From positions 361,770,001-361,834,000 of the forward strand of contig OZ024741.1 of NCBI GenBank assembly GCA_964016885.1: a DNA stretch of 64,000 nucleotides, in the 5' to 3' direction. A model generated the notes under the pieces. The model ran no database searches. It was not told the DNA's origin and worked only from the letters and a program-made list of their open reading frames with translations. Of this stretch, positions 1 to 14,840 are shown piece by piece (the stretch's first letter is position 1; every line of letters begins with the position of its first letter). The DNA comes from Eledone cirrhosa (taxonomy: Eukaryota). The position numbers and the translations under genes are program-made.

Positions 1-3000
1 ATGATGTCTCTCATCCCTAGATACCAGAAGCATGTGTTTATGATGTCTCTCTTCTCTAGACATCACAAGCATGTGTTTATGATGTTTCTCATCCCTAGAT
101 ACCACAAGCATGTGTTTATGATGTTTATCATCCCTGGATACCTAAAGCATGTCTTTATGATGTCTCTCTTCCCTAGATACCAGAAGCATGTGTTTATGAT
201 GTTTCTCATACCTAGATACCTAAAGCATGTGTTTATGATGTCTCTCTTGCCCAGATACCAGAAGCATGTGTTTATGATGTCTCTCTTCCCTAGATACCAC
301 GAGCATATGTTTATGATGTCTCTCTTCCCTAGATACCAGAACCATGTGTTTAGAACGTCTCTCTTTCCTAGATACCAGAAGCATGTGTTTATGATGTCTC
401 TCTTCCCTAGATATCACAAGCATGTGTTTATGATGTTTCTCATCCCTAGATACCTAAAGAAAGTGTTTATGATGTCTCTCTTCCCTAGATACCAGAAGCA
501 TGTGTTTATGATGTTTCTCATCGCTAGTTACCTAAAGCATGTGTTTATGATGTCTCTCTTCCCTAGATACCAGAAGCATGTGTTTATGATGTCTCCCTTC
601 CCTAGATACCAGAAGCATATGTTTATGATGTCTCTCTTCCCTAGATACCAGAAGCATGTGTTTATGATGTCTCTCTTCCCTAGATACCAGAAGCATGTGT
701 TTATGATGTTTCTCAACCCTAGATACCTAAAGCATGTGTTTATGATGTCTCTCTTCCCTAGATACCAGAAGCATATGTTTATGATGTCTCTCTTCCCTAG
801 ATACCAGAAGCATGTGTTTATGACGTCTCTCTTTCCTAGATACCAGAAGCATGTGTTTATGATGTCTCTCTTCCCTAGACATCACAAGCATGTGTTTATG
901 ATGTTTCTCATCCCTAGATACCACAAGCATGTGTTTATGATGTCCCTCTTCCCTAGATACCTAATGCATGTCTTTATGATGTTTCTCTTCCCTAGACACC
1001 TAAAGCATGTGTTTATGATGTCTCTCTTCCATTGATACATGGAGCATGTGTTTATGATGTCTCTCTTCCCTTGATACATGGAGAATGTGTTTATGATGTC
1101 TCTCTTCGCTAGATAGCTAAATCATGTGTTTATGATGTCTCTCTTCCCTAGATACCAGAAGCACGTATTTATGATGTCTCTCTTCCCTAGATACCAGAAG
1201 CATGTGTTTATGATGTCTCTCTTCCCTACATACCAGAAGCATGTGTTTATGATGTCTCTCTTCGCTAGATACCAGAAGCATGTGTTTATGATGTTTCTCA
1301 TCCCTAGATACCTAAAGCATGTGTTTATGATGTCTCTCTTCCCTAGATACCAGAAGCATATGTTTATTATGTCTCTCTTCCCTAGATACCAGAACCATGT
1401 GTTTATAACTTCTCTCTTTCCTAGATACCAGAAGCATGTGTTTATGATGTCTCTCTTCCCTAGATATCACAAGCATGTGTTTATGATGTTTCTCATCGCT
1501 AGACACCTAAAGCATGTGTTTATGATGTCTCTCTTCCCTAGATACCAGAAGCATGTGTTTATGATGTCTCCCTTCCCTAGATACCAGAAGCATGTGTTTA
1601 TGATGTCTCTCTTCCCTAGATACCACAAGCATGTGTTTATGATGTTACTCTCTTCCCTAGATACCAGAAGCATGTGTTTATGATGTCTCTCTTCCCTAGA
1701 TACCAGAAGCATGTGTTTATGATGTTTCTCATCCCTAGATACCTAAAGCATGTGTTTATGATGTCTCTCTTCCCTAGATACCAGAAGCATATGTTTATGA
1801 TGTCTCTCTTCCCTAGAAACCAGAAGCATGTGTTTATGACGTCTCTCTTTCCTAGATACCAGAACCATGTGTTTATGATGTCTCTCTTCTCTAGACATCA
1901 CAAGCATGTGTTTATGATGTTTCTCATCCCTAGATACCACAAGCATGTGTTTATGATGTTTATCATCCCTGGATACCTAAAGCATGTCTTTATGATGTCT
2001 CTCTTCCCTAGATACCAGAAGCATGTGTTTATGATGTCTCTCTTGCCTAGATACCAGAAGCATGTGTTTATGATGTCTCTCTTCCCTAGATACCACGAGC
2101 ATATGTTTATGATGTCTCTCTTCCCTAGATACCAGAACCATGTGTTTAGAACGTCTCTCTTTCCTAGATACCAGAAGCATGTGTTTATGATGTCTCTCTT
2201 CCCTAGATATCACAAGCATGTGTTTATGATGTTTCTCATCCCTAGATACCTAAAGAAAGTGTTTATGATGTCTCTCTTCCCTAGATACCAGAAGCATGTG
2301 TTTATGATGTTTCTCATCGCTAGTTACCTAAAGCATGTGTTTATGATGTCTCTCTTCCCTAGATACCAGAAGCATGTGTTTATGATGTCTCCCTTCCCTA
2401 GATACCAGAAGCATATGTTTATGATGTCTCTCTTCCCTAGATACCAGAAGCATGTGTTTATGATGTCTCTCTTCCCTAGATACCAGAAGCATGTGTTTAT
2501 GATGTTTCTCAACCCTAGATACCTAAAGTATGTGTTTATGATGTCTCTCTTCCCTAGATACCAGAAGCATATGTTTATGATGTCTCTCTTCCCTAGATAC
2601 CAGAAGCATGTGTTTATGACGTCTCTCTTTCCTAGATACCAGAAGCATGTGTTTATGATGTCTCTCTTCCCTAGACATCACAAGCATGTGTTTATGATGT
2701 TTCTCATCCCTAGATACCACAAGCATGTGTTTATGATGTCCCTCTTCCCTAGATACCTAAAGCATGTCTTTATGATGTTTGTATTCCCTAGACACCTAAA
2801 GCATGTGTTTATGATGTCTCTCTTCCATTGATACATGGAGCATGTGTTTATGATGTCTCTCTTCCCTTGATACATGGAGAATGTGTTTATGATGTCTCTC
2901 TTCCCTAGATACCTAAAGCATGTGTTTATGATGTCTCTCTTCCCTAGATACCAGAAGCACGTATTTATGATGTCTCTCTTCCCTAGATACCAGAAGCATA

Positions 3001-4400
3001 TGTTTATGATGTCTCTCTTCCCTACATACCAGAAGAATGTGTTTATGATGTCTCTCTTCGCTAGATACCAGAAGCATGTGTTTATGATGTTTCTCATCCC
3101 TAGATACCTAAAGCACGTGTTTATGATGTCTCTCTTCCCTAGATACCAGAAGCATGTGTTTATGACGTCTCTCTTCCCTAGATATCACAAGCATGTGTTT
3201 ATGATGTTTCTCATCCCTAGATACCTGAAGAATGTGTTTATGATGTCTCTCTTCCCTAGATACCAGAAGCATGTGTTTATGATGTCTCTCTTCCCTAGAT
3301 ACCAGAAGCATGTGTTTATGATGTCTCTCATCCCTAGATACCAGAAGCATGTGTTTATGATGTCTCTCTTCTCTAGACATCACAAGCATGTGTTTATGAT
3401 GTTTCTCATCCCTAGATACCACAAGCATGTGTTTATGATGTTTATCATCCCTGGATACCTAAAGCATGTCTTTATGATGTCTCTCTTCCCTAGATACCAG
3501 AAGCATGTGTTTATGATGTTTCTCATACCTAGATACCTAAAGCATGTGTTTATGATGTCTCTCTTGCCCAGATACCAGAAGCATGTGTTTATGATGTCTC
3601 TCTTCCCTAGATACCACGAGCATATGTTTATGATGTCTCTCTTCCCTAGATACCAGAACCATGTGTTTAGAACGTCTCTCTTTCCTAGATACCAGAAGCA
3701 TGTGTTTATGATGTCTCTCTTCCCTAGATATCACAAGCATGTGTTTATGATGTTTCTCATCCCTAGATACCTAAAGAAAGTGTTTATGATGTCTCTCTTC
3801 CCTAGATACCAGAAGCATGTGTTTATGATGTTTCTCATCGCTAGTTACCTAAAGCATGTGTTTATGATGTCTCTCTTCCCTAGATACCAGAAGCATGTGT
3901 TTATGATGTCTCCCTTCCCTAGATACCAGAAGCATATGTTTATGATGTCTCTCTTCCCTAGATACCAGAAGCATGTGTTTATGATGTCTCTCTTCCCTAG
4001 ATACCAGAAGCATGTGTTTATGATGTTTCTCAACCCTAGATACCTAAAGCATGTGTTTATGATGTCTCTCTTCCCTAGATACCAGAAGCATATGTTTATG
4101 ATGTCTCTCTTCCCTAGATACCAGAAGCATGTGTTTATGACGTCTCTCTTTCCTAGATACCAGAAGCATGTGTTTATGATGTCTCTCTTCCCTAGACATC
4201 ACAAGCATGTGTTTATGATGTCTCTCTTCCCTAGATACCAGAAGCATATGTTTATGATGTCTCTCTTCCCTAGATACCTAAAGCATGTCTTTATGATGTT
4301 TCTATTCCCTAGACACCTAAAGCATGTGTTTATGATGTCTCTCTTCCATTGATACATGGAGCATGTGTTTATGATGTCTCTCTTCCCTTGATACATGGAG
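1..4400. repeat. Higher-order block present three times (spacings 1796 and 1521 bp)
   Basis: Private marker TAGAACGTCT at 351, 2147 and 3668, with co-occurring markers GAAAGTG and GCTAGTTACC. 1796 = 46x39+2 and 1521 = 39x39. Confidence 0.85.
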
Positions 4401-5799
4401 AATGTGTTTATGATGTCTCTCTTCCCTAGATACCTAAAGCATGTGTTTATGATGTCTCTCTTCCCTAGATACCAGAAGCACGTATTTATGATGTCTCTCT
4501 TCCCTAGATACCAGAAGCATATGTTTATGATGTCTCTCTTCCCTACATACCAGAAGCATGTGTTTATGATGTCTCTCTTCGCTAGATACCAGAAGCATAT
4601 GTTTATGATGTCTCTCTTCCCTAGATACCAGAAGCATGTGTTTATGACGTCTCTCTTTCCTAGATAACAGAAGCACGTGTTTATGATGTCTCTCTTCCCT
4701 AGATATCACAAGCATGTGTTTATGATGTTTCTCATCCCTAGATACCTGAAGAATGTGTTTATGATGTCTCTCTTCCCTAGATACCTGAAGCATGTGCTTA
4801 TGATGTTTCTCATCGCTAGATACCTAAAGCATGTGTTTATGATGTCTCTCTTCCCTAGATACCAGAAGCATGTGTTTATGATGTCTCCCTTCCCTAGATA
4901 CCAGAAGCATGTGTTTATGATGTCTCTCTTCCCTAGATACCAGAAGCATATGATTATGATGTCTCTCTTCCCTAGATACCAGAAGCATGTGTTTATGATG
5001 TCTCTCTTTCCTAGATACCAGAAGCATGTGTTTATGATATCTCTCTTCCCTAGATATCACAAGCATGTGTTTATGATGTTTATCATCCCTGGATACCTAA
5101 AGCATGTCTTTATGATATCTCTCTTCCCTAGATACCAGAAGCATGTGTTTATGATGTTTCTCATACCTAGATACCTAAAGCATGTGTTTATGATGTCTCT
5201 CTTCCCTAGATACCAGAAGCATGTGTTTATGATGTCTCTCTTTCCTAGATACCAGAAGCATGTGTTTATGATATCTCTCTTCCCTAGATACCACGAGCAT
5301 GTGTTTATGATGTCTCTCTTCCCTAGATACCAAAAGCATGTGTTTATGATATCTGTCTTCCCTAGATACCAGAAGCATGTGTTTATGATGTCTCTCTTCC
5401 CTAGATATCACAAGCACATGTTTATGATGTTTCTCATCCCTAGATACCTAAAGAATGTGTTTATGATGTCTCTCTTCCCTAGATACCAGAAGCATGTGTT
5501 TATGATGTTTCTCATCGCTAGATACCTAAAGCATGTGTTTATGATGTCTCTCTTCCCTAGATACCAGAAGCATGTGTTTATGATGTCTCCCTTCCCTAGA
5601 TACCAGAAGCATGTGTTTATGATGTCTCTCTTCCCTAGATACCAGAAGCATATGTTTATGATGTCTCTCTTCCCTAGATACCAGAAGCATGTGTTTATGA
5701 TGTCTCTCTTCCCTAGATATCACAAGCATGTGTTTATGATGTTTCTCATCCCTAGATACCTAAAGAATGTGTTTATGATGTCTCTCTTCCCTAGATACC

Positions 5800-8700
5800 T
5801 GAAGCATGTGTTTATGATGTTTCTCATCGCTAGATACCTAAAGCATGTGTTTATGATGTCTCTCTTCCCTAGATACCAGAAGCATGTGTTTATGATGTCT
5901 CCCTTCTCTAGATACCAGAAGCATGTGTTTATGATGTCTCTCTTCCCTAGATACCAGAAGCATATGTTTATGATATCTCTCTTCCATAGATACCAGAAGC
6001 ATGTGTTTATGATGTCTCTCTTTCCTAGATACCAGAAGCATGTGTTTATGATATCTCTCTTCCCTAGATATCACAAGCATGTGTTTATGATGTTTATTAT
6101 CCCTGGATACCTAAAGTATGTCTTTATGATGTCTCTCTTCCCTAGATACCAGAAGCATGTGTTTATAATGTTTCTCATACCTAGATACCTAAAGCATGTG
6201 TTTATGATGTCTTTCTTCCCTAGATACCAGAAGCATGTGTTTATGATGTCTCTCTTCCCTAGATACTACGAGCATGTGTTTATGATGTCTCTCTTCCCTA
6301 GATACCAAAAGCATGTGTTTATGATATCTCTCTTCCCTAGATACCAGAAGCATGTGTTTATGATGTTTCTCATCCCTAGATACCACAAGCATGTGTTTAT
6401 GATGTCCCTCTTCCCTAGATACCTAAAGCATGTCTTTATGATGTTTCTCTTCCCTAGACACCTAAAGCATGTGTTTATGATGTCTCTCTTCCATTGATAC
6501 ATGGAGCATGTGTTTATGATGTCTCTCTTCCCTTGATACATGGTGCATGTGTTTATGATGTCTCTCTTCCCTAGATACCCAAAGCATGTGTTTATGATGT
6601 CTCTCTTCCCTACATACCAGAAGCACGTGTTTATGATGTCTCTCTTCCCTAGATACCAGAAGCATGTGTTTATGACGTCTCTCTTTCCTAGATACCAGAA
6701 GCACGTGTTTATGATGTCTCTCTTCCCTAGATATCACAAGCATGTGTTTATGATGTTTATCATCCCTAGATACCTGAAGAATGTGTTTATGATGTCTCTC
6801 TTCCCTAGATACCTGAAGCATGTGCTTATGATGTTTCTCATCGCTAGATACCTAAAGCATGTGTTTATGATGTCTCTCTTCCCTAGATACCAGAAGCATG
6901 TGTTTATGATGTCTCCCTTCCCTAGATACCAGAAGCATGTGTTTATGATGTCTCTCTTCCCTAGATACCAGAAGCATATGATTATGATGTCTCTCTTCCC
7001 TAGATACCAGAAGCATGTGTTTATGATGTCTCTCTTTCCTAGATACCAGAAGCATGTGTTTATGATATCTCTCTTCCCTAGATATCACAAGCATGTGTTT
7101 ATGATGTTTATTATCCCTGGATACCTAAAGCATGTCTTTATGATGTCTCTCTTCCCTAGATACCAGAAGCATGTGTTTATGATGTTTCTCATACCTAGAT
7201 ACCTAAAGCATGTGTTTATGATGTCTCTCTTCCCTAGATACCAGAAGCATGTGTTTATGATGTCTCTCTTTCCTAGATACCAGAAGCATGTGTTTATGAT
7301 ATCTCTCTTCCCTAGATACCACGAGCATGTGTTTATGATGTCTCTCTTCCCTAGATACCAAAAGCATGTGTTTATGATATCTGTCTTCCGTAGATACCAG
7401 AAGCATGTGTTTATGATGTCTCTCTTCCCTAGATATCACAAGCACATGTTTATGATGTTTCTCATCCCTAGATACCTAAAGAATGTGTTTATGATGTCTC
7501 TCTTCCCTAGATACCAGAAGCATGTGTTTATGATGTTTCTCATCGCTAGATACCTAAAGCATGTGTTTATGATGTCTCTCTTCCCTAGATACCAGAAGCA
7601 TGTGTTTATGATGTCTCCCTTCCCTAGAAACCAGAAGCATGTGTTTATGATGTCTCTCTTCCCTAGATACCAGAAGCATATGTTTATGATGTCTCTCTTC
7701 CCTAGATACCAGAAGCATGTGTTTATGATGTCTCTCTTTCCTAGATACCAGAAGCATGTGTTTATGATATCTCTCTTCCCTAGATATCACAAGTATGTGT
7801 TTATGATGTTTGTCATCCCTGGATACCTAAAGCATGTCTTTATGATGTCTCTCTTCCCTAGATACAAAAAGCATGTGTTTATGATATCTCTCTTCCCTAG
7901 ATACCAGAAGCATGTGTTTATGATGTTTCTCATCCCTTGATACCACAAGCATGTGTTTATGATGTCCCTCTTCCCTAGATACCTAAAGCATGTCTTTATG
8001 ATGTTTCTCTTCCCTAGACACCTAAAGCATGTGTTTATGATGTCTCTCTTCCATTGATACATAGAGCATGTGTTTATGATGTCTCTCTCTTCCCTTGATA
8101 CATGGAGCATGTGTTTATGATGTCTCTCTTCCCTAGATACCTAAAGCATGTGTTTATGATGTCTCCCTTCCCTAGATACCAGAAGCATGTGTTTATGATG
8201 TCTCCCTTCCCTAGATACCAGAAGCATGTGTTTATGATGTCTCTCTTCCCTAGATACCAGAAGCATATGTTTATGATGTCTCTCTTCCCTAGATACCAGA
8301 AGCATGTGTTTATGATGTCTCTCTTTCCTAGATACCAGAAGCATGTGTTTATGATGTCTCTCTTCCCTAGACACCTAAAGCATGTGTTTATGATGTCTCT
8401 CTTCCATTGATACATGGAGCATGTGTTTATGATGTCTCTCTTCCCTAGATACCTAAAGCATGTGTTTATGATGTCTCTCTTCCCTAGATACCAGAAGCAC
8501 GTCTTTATGATGTCTCTCTTCCCTAGATACCAGAAGCATTTGTTTATGATGTCTCTCTTCCCTACATACCAGAAGCATGTGTTTATGATGTCTCTCTTCC
8601 CTAGATACCAGAAGCATGTGTTTATGATGTTTCTCATCCCTAGATACCCAAAGCATGTGTTTATGATGTCTCTCTTCCCTAGATACCAGAAGCATATGTT

Positions 8701-11700
8701 TATGATGTCTCTCTTCCCTAGATACCAGAAGCATGTGTTTATGACGTCTCTCTTTCCTAGATACCAGGAGCATGTGTTTATGATGTCTCTCTTCCCTAGA
8801 CGTCACAAGCATGTGTTTATGATGTTTCTCATCCCTAGATACCAGAAGCATGTGTTTATGATGTTTCTCATCGCTAGATACCTAAAGCATGTGTTTATGA
8901 TGGCTCTCTTCCTTAGATACCAGAAGCATGTGTTTATGATGTCTCCCTTCCCTAGATACCAGAAGCATGTGTTTATGATGTCTCTCTTCCCTAGATACCA
9001 GAAGCATATGTTTATGATGTCTCTCTTCCCTAGATATCACAAGCATGTGTTTATGATGTTTCTCATCCCTAGATACCTAAAGAATGTGTTTATGATGTCT
9101 CTCTTCCCTAGATACCTGAAGCATGTGTTTATGATGTTTCTCATCGCTAGATACCTAAAGCATGTGTTTATGATGTCTCTCTTCCCTAGATACCAGAAGC
9201 ATGTGTTTATGATGTCTCCCTTCTCTAGATACCAGAAGCATGTGTTTATGATGTCTCTCTTCCCTAGATACCAGAAGCATATGTTTATGATATCTCTCTT
9301 CCATAGATACCAGAAGCATGTGTTTATGATGTCTCTCTTTCCTAGATACCAGAAGCATGTGTTTATGATATCTCTCTTCCCTAGATATCACAAGCATGTG
9401 TTTATGATGTTTATTATCCCTGGATACCTAAAGTATGTCTTTATGATGTCTCTCTTCCCTAGATACCAGAAGCATGTGTTTATAATGTTTCTCATACCTA
9501 GATACCTAAAGCATGTGTTTATGATGTCTTTCTTCCCTAGATACCAGAAGCATGTGTTTATGATGTCTCTCTTCCCTAGATACTACGAGCATGTGTTTAT
9601 GATGTCTCTCTTCCCTAGATACCAAAAGCATGTGTTTATGATATCTCTCTTCCCTAGATACCAGAAGCATGTGTTTATGATGTTTCTCATCCCTAGATAC
9701 CACAAGCATGTGTTTATGATGTCCCTCTTCCCTAGACACCTAAAGCATGTGTTTATGATGTCTCTCTTCCATTGATACATGGAGCATGTGTTTATGATGT
9801 CTCTCTTCCCTTGATACATGGTGCATGTGTTTATGATGTCTCTCTTCCCTAGATACCCAAAGCATGTGTTTATGATGTCTCTCTTCCCTACATACCAGAA
9901 GCATGTGTTTATGATGTCTCTCTTCGCTAGATACCAGAAGCATGTGTTTATGATGTTTCTCATCCCTAGATACCACGGGCATGTGTTTATGATGTCTCTC
10001 TTCCCTAGATACCAAAAGCATGTGTTTATGATATCTGTCTTCCCTAGATACCAGAAGCATGTGTTTATGATGTTTCTCATCCCTAGATACCACAAGCATG
10101 TGTTTATGATGTCCCTCTTCCCTAGATACCTAAAGCATGTCTTTATGATGTTTCTCTTCCCTAGACACCTAAAGCATGTGTTTATGATGTCTCTCTTCCA
10201 TTGATACATGGAGCATGTGTTTATGATGTCTCTCTTCCCTTGATACATGGTGCATGTGTTTATGATGTCTCTCTTCCCTAGATACCCAAAGCATGTGTTT
10301 ATGATGTCTCTCTTCCCTACATACCAGAAGCATGTGTTTATGATGTCTCTCTTCGCTAGATACCAGAAGCATGTGTTTATGATGTTTCTCATCCCTAGAT
10401 ACCACGAGCATGTGTTTATGATGTCTCTCTTCCCTAGATACCAAAAGCATGTGTTTATGATATCTGTCTTCCCTAGATACCAGAAGCATGTGTTTATGAT
10501 GTCTCTCTTCCCTAGATATCACAAGCACATGTTTATGATGTTTCTCATCCCTAGATACCTAAAGAATGTGTTTATGATGTCTCTCTTCCCTAGATACCAG
10601 AAGCATGTGTTTATGATGTTTCTCATCGCTAGATACCTAAAGCATGTGTTTATGATGTCTCTCTTCCCTAGATACCAGAAGCATGTGTTTATGATGTCTC
10701 CCTTCTCTAGATACCAGAAGCATGTGTTTATGATGTCTCTCTTCCCTAGATACCGGAAGCATATGTTTATGATATCTCTCTTCCATAGATACCAGAAGCA
10801 TGTGTTTATGATGTCTCTCTTTCCTAGATACCAGAAGCATGTGTTTATGATATCTCTCTTCCCTAGATATCACAAGCATGTGTTTATGATGTTTATTATC
10901 CCTGGATACCTAAAGTATGTCTTTATGATGTCTCTCTTCCCTAGATACCAGAAGCATGTGTTTATAATGTTTCTCATACCTAGATACCTAAAGCATGTGT
11001 TTATGATGTCTTTCTTCCCTAGATACCAGAAGCATGTGTTTATGATGTCTCTCTTCCCTAGATACTACGAGCATGTGTTTATGATGTCTCTCTTCCCTAG
11101 ATACCAAAAGCATGTGTTTATGATATCTCTCTTCCCTAGATACCAGAAGCATGTGTTTATGATGTTTCTCATCCCTAGATACCACAAGCATGTGTTTATG
11201 ATGTCCCTCTTCCCTAGATACCTAAAGCATGTCTTTATGATGTTTCTCTTCCCTAGACACCTAAAGCATGTGTTTATGATGTCTCTCTTCCATTGATACA
11301 TGGAGCATGTGTTTATGATGTCTCTCTTCCCTTGATACATGGTGCATGTGTTTATGATGTCTCTCTTCCCTAGATACCCAAAGCATGTGTTTATGATGTC
11401 TCTCTTCCCTACATACCAGAAGCACGTGTTTATGATGTCTCTCTTCCCTAGATACCAGAAGCATGTGTTTATGACGTCTCTCTTTCCTAGATACCAGAAG
11501 CACGTGTTTATGATGTCTCTCTTCCCTAGATATCACAAGCATGTGTTTATGATGTTTATCATCCCTAGATACCTGAAGAATGTGTTTATGATGTCTCTCT
11601 TCCCTAGATACCTGAAGCATGTGCTTATGATGTTTCTCATCGCTAGATACCTAAAGCATGTGTTTATGATGTCTCTCTTCCCTAGATACCAGAAGCATGT

Positions 11701-14700
11701 GTTTATGATGTCTCCCTTCCCTAGATACCAGAAGCATGTGTTTATGATGTCTCTCTTCCCTAGATACCAGAAGCATATGATTATGATGTCTCTCTTCCCT
11801 AGATACCAGAAGCATGTGTTTATGATGTCTCTCTTTCCTAGATACCAGAAGCATGTGTTTATGATATCTCTCTTCCCTAGATATCACAAGCATGTGTTTA
11901 TGATGTTTATTATCCCTGGATACCTAAAGCATGTCTTTATGATGTCTCTCTTCCCTAGATACCAGAAGCATGTGTTTATGATGTTTCTCATACCTAGATA
12001 CCTAAAGCATGTGTTTATGATGTCTCTCTTCCCTAGATACCAGAAGCATGTGTTTATGATGTCTCTCTTTCCTAGATACCAGAAGCATGTGTTTATGATA
12101 TCTCTCTTCCCTAGATACCACGAGCATGTGTTTATGATGTCTCTCTTCCCTAGATACCAAAAGCATGTGTTTATGATATCTGTCTTCCGTAGATACCAGA
12201 AGCATGTGTTTATGATGTCTCTCTTCCCTAGATATCACAAGCACATGTTTATGATGTTTCTCATCCCTAGATACCTAAAGAATGTGTTTATGATGTCTCT
12301 CTTCCCTAGATACCAGAAGCATGTGTTTATGATGTTTCTCATCGCTAGATACCTAAAGCATGTGTTTATGATGTCTCTCTTCCCTAGATACCAGAAGCAT
12401 GTGTTTATGATGTCTCCCTTCCCTAGAAACCAGAAGCATGTGTTTATGATGTCTCTCTTCCCTAGATACCAGAAGCATATGTTTATGATGTCTCTCTTCC
12501 CTAGATACCAGAAGCATGTGTTTATGATGTCTCTCTTTCCTAGATACCAGAAGCATGTGTTTATGATATCTCTCTTCCCTAGATATCACAAGTATGTGTT
12601 TATGATGTTTGTCATCCCTGGATACCTAAAGCATGTCTTTATGATGTCTCTCTTCCCTAGATACAAAAAGCATGTGTTTATGATATCTCTCTTCCCTAGA
12701 TACCAGAAGCATGTGTTTATGATGTTTCTCATCCCTTGATACCACAAGCATGTGTTTATGATGTCCCTCTTCCCTAGATACCTAAAGCATGTCTTTATGA
12801 TGTTTCTCTTCCCTAGACACCTAAAGCATGTGTTTATGATGTCTCTCTTCCATTGATACATAGAGCATGTGTTTATGATGTCTCTCTCTTCCCTTGATAC
12901 ATGGAGCATGTGTTTATGATGTCTCTCTTCCCTAGATACCTAAAGCATGTGTTTATGATGTCTCCCTTCCCTAGATACCAGAAGCATGTGTTTATGATGT
13001 CTCCCTTCCCTAGATACCAGAAGCATGTGTTTATGATGTCTCTCTTCCCTAGATACCAGAAGCATATGTTTATGATGTCTCTCTTCCCTAGATACCAGAA
13101 GCATGTGTTTATGATGTCTCTCTTTCCTAGATACCAGAAGCATGTGTTTATGATGTCTCTCTTCCCTAGACACCTAAAGCATGTGTTTATGATGTCTCTC
13201 TTCCATTGATACATGGAGCATGTGTTTATGATGTCTCTCTTCCCTTGATACATGAAGCATGTGTTTATGATGTCTCTCTTCCCTAGATACCTAAAGCATG
13301 TGTTTATGATGTCTCTCTTCCCTAGATACCAGAAGCACGTCTTTATGATGTCTCTCTTCCCTAGATACCAGAAGCATTTGTTTATGATGTCTCTCTTCCC
13401 TACATACCAGAAGCATGTGTTTATGATGTCTCTCTTCCCTAGATACCAGAAGCATGTGTTTATGATGTTTCTCATCCCTAGATACCCAAAGCATGTGTTT
13501 ATGATGTCTCTCTTCCCTAGATACCAGAAGCATATGTTTATGATGTCTCTCTTCCCTAGATACCAGAAGCATGTGTTTATGACGTCTCTCTTTCCTAGAT
13601 ACCAGGAGCATGTGTTTATGATGTCTCTCTTCCCTAGACGTCACAAGCATGTGTTTATGATGTTTCTCATCCCTAGATACCAGAAGCATGTGTTTATGAT
13701 GTTTCTCATCGCTAGATACCTAAAGCATGTGTTTATGATGGCTCTCTTCCTTAGATACCAGAAGCATGTGTTTATGATGTCTCCCTTCCCTAGATACCAG
13801 AAGCATGTGTTTATGATGTCTCTCTTCCCTAGATACCAGAAGCATATGTTTATGATGTCTCTCTTCCCTAGATATCACAAGCATGTGTTTATGATGTTTC
13901 TCATCCCTAGATACCTAAAGAATGTGTTTATGATGTCTCTCTTCCCTAGATACCTGAAGCATGTGTTTATGATGTTTCTCATCGCTAGATACCTAAAGCA
14001 TGTGTTTATGATGTCTCTCTTCCCTAGATACCAGAAGCATGTGTTTATGATGTCTCCCTTCTCTAGATACCAGAAGCATGTGTTTATGATGTCTCTCTTC
14101 CCTAGATACCAGAAGCATATGTTTATGATATCTCTCTTCCATAGATACCAGAAGCATGTGTTTATGATGTCTCTCTTTCCTAGATACCAGAAGCATGTGT
14201 TTATGATATCTCTCTTCCCTAGATATCACAAGCATGTGTTTATGATGTTTATTATCCCTGGATACCTAAAGTATGTCTTTATGATGTCTCTCTTCCCTAG
14301 ATACCAGAAGCATGTGTTTATAATGTTTCTCATACCTAGATACCTAAAGCATGTGTTTATGATGTCTTTCTTCCCTAGATACCAGAAGCATGTGTTTATG
14401 ATGTCTCTCTTCCCTAGATACTACGAGCATGTGTTTATGATGTCTCTCTTCCCTAGATACCAAAAGCATGTGTTTATGATATCTCTCTTCCCTAGATACC
14501 AGAAGCATGTGTTTATGATGTTTCTCATCCCTAGATACCACAAGCATGTGTTTATGATGTCCCTCTTCCCTAGATACCTAAAGCATGTCTTTATGATGTT
14601 TCTCTTCCCTAGACACCTAAAGCATGTGTTTATGATGTCTCTCTTCCATTGATACATGGAGCATGTGTTTATGATGTCTCTCTTCCCTTGATACATGGTG

Positions 14701-14840
14701 CATGTGTTTATGATGTCTCTCTTCCCTAGATACCCAAAGCATGTGTTTATGATGTCTCTCTTCCCTACATACCAGAAGCATGTGTTTATGATGTCTCTCT
14801 TCGCTAGATACCAGAAGCATGTGTTTATGATGTTTCTCAT
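5800..14840. repeat. Higher-order tandem duplication, period ~4799 bp (123 monomers + 2 bp), with whole-monomer indels between copies
   Basis: ORFs 6540..7940 and 11339..12739 translate identically. A CT insertion is shared at ~8082 and ~12881. The offset grows to 4838 after one extra monomer (8414 vs 13252). Boundaries approximate. Confidence 0.85.
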